Below are positions 63,406-64,000 of a stretch of 64,000 nucleotides of DNA, in pieces; position 1 is the stretch's first letter; each line of letters opens with the position of its first letter. This DNA is from a virus. Under the pieces are notes generated by a model. It worked only from the letters and a program-made list of their open reading frames with translations. It did not search any database and had not been told where the DNA came from. A program made the position numbers and the translations under genes. The stretch lies in the IMG/VR virus record IMGVR_UViG_3300021961_000020; one strand, given 5' to 3'.

Positions 63406-63706
63406 ACACAAGTTCGAACATCAATGGGGTGGCGAAGACACTTGGTACACCAAAGGCAAGAGATGGGCAAACAAACAAAAGTTCCCAATCAATCATCTTG
63501 CCTTAGGTTTTATTGAGTGGTTGTGGCAACATTGGGTTGATGGTAGAGTTGAGATGGAAATGCAGTCTGTTGATAAACAGGCAGAAGAAATTAAAAAACA
63601 ATGGGAAGAAGAACCACAAACTATTGTTAAATCAACACCATCAGAAGTTGATGGACTTGACATTATAGAAATAAAAAGTCCATGGAGTGATAATGGAAAT
63701 ACCTAA
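63395..63706 (+). CDS. Conserved cyanophage hypothetical protein (start re-assigned to 63395)
   Basis: MTIEHKFEHQWGGEDTWYTKGKRWA...LALGFIEWLWQHWVDGRV.MEM..VD.QAEEI. Confidence 0.65.
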   Translation: MTIEHKFEHQWGGEDTWYTKGKRWANKQKFPINHLALGFIEWLWQHWVDGRVEMEMQSVDKQAEEIKKQWEEEPQTIVKSTPSEVDGLDIIEIKSPWSDNGNT

Positions 63707-64000
63707 CATCGGAATCAGAAAAAATCAGATCAGAGAACTTAACATTCCGCCAGTTCCTGATTACTTAATGACTCCATCATATTCACTTCCAGTTGCTCCA
63801 TCAGTAACTTTAGAAATTGGTACTCCGATTGTTAATGTTCCTGGTTGTGTAGAGACACATGAAGCGAATAATGGATCAAAAACGCTTCAAAGCGATGATC
63901 CTAACGGAACATTAACATTTTGTGATGGAAATGTACCATCATTCAATCCGATTGAGTATTCTCCTAATCAGATGCTGCCTACTCAGCGTCCTAAGGTAGA
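63693..64000 (+). CDS. Conserved cyanophage hypothetical protein (partial)
   Basis: MEIPNIGIR...IPPVPDYL...PSVTLEIGTPIVNVPGCVETHE...DDPNG.LTFCDGNVPSFNPIEY; open to the end of the window. Confidence 0.65.
   Translation, partial: MEIPNIGIRKNQIRELNIPPVPDYLMTPSYSLPVAPSVTLEIGTPIVNVPGCVETHEANNGSKTLQSDDPNGTLTFCDGNVPSFNPIEYSPNQMLPTQRPKV

Overview
A 64 kb segment of a T4-like cyanobacterial myovirus (cyanomyophage), almost entirely encoded on the minus strand. In reading direction (right to left) it has three blocks. (1) A fibre module: two long tail-fibre proteins, one with a C-terminal S74 chaperone, a gp38-like polyglycine adhesin, and a 2OG-Fe(II) oxygenase. (2) A ~15 kb host-takeover/early island (about 38-53 kb) with DUF6267, a halogenase-like protein, a HinP1I-like nuclease, DUF4385, an SF2 helicase, a HicA-like protein, a tail-type lysozyme and dozens of small ORFs, driven by a repeated palindrome-plus-(-10) promoter. 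It ends in a gene-free, iteron-like region with an antisense sigma70 promoter. (3) The late structural block gp25-gp6-gp7-gp8-DUF4815-fibre-gp13-gp14-gp15-gp16. Three plus-strand late ORFs start at the right end. No tRNA, rRNA, CRISPR array, intron or intein was recognised. All family assignments come from motif recognition by eye; no database searches were run. The most interesting leads are ligase-type motifs in DUF6267, the solitary HinP1I-like endonuclease, the adhesin with an Arg/Gln-rich tip next to a prolyl-hydroxylase-like enzyme, the candidate origin, and a recurrent G-hydrophobic-small-Thr motif across unrelated virion proteins.
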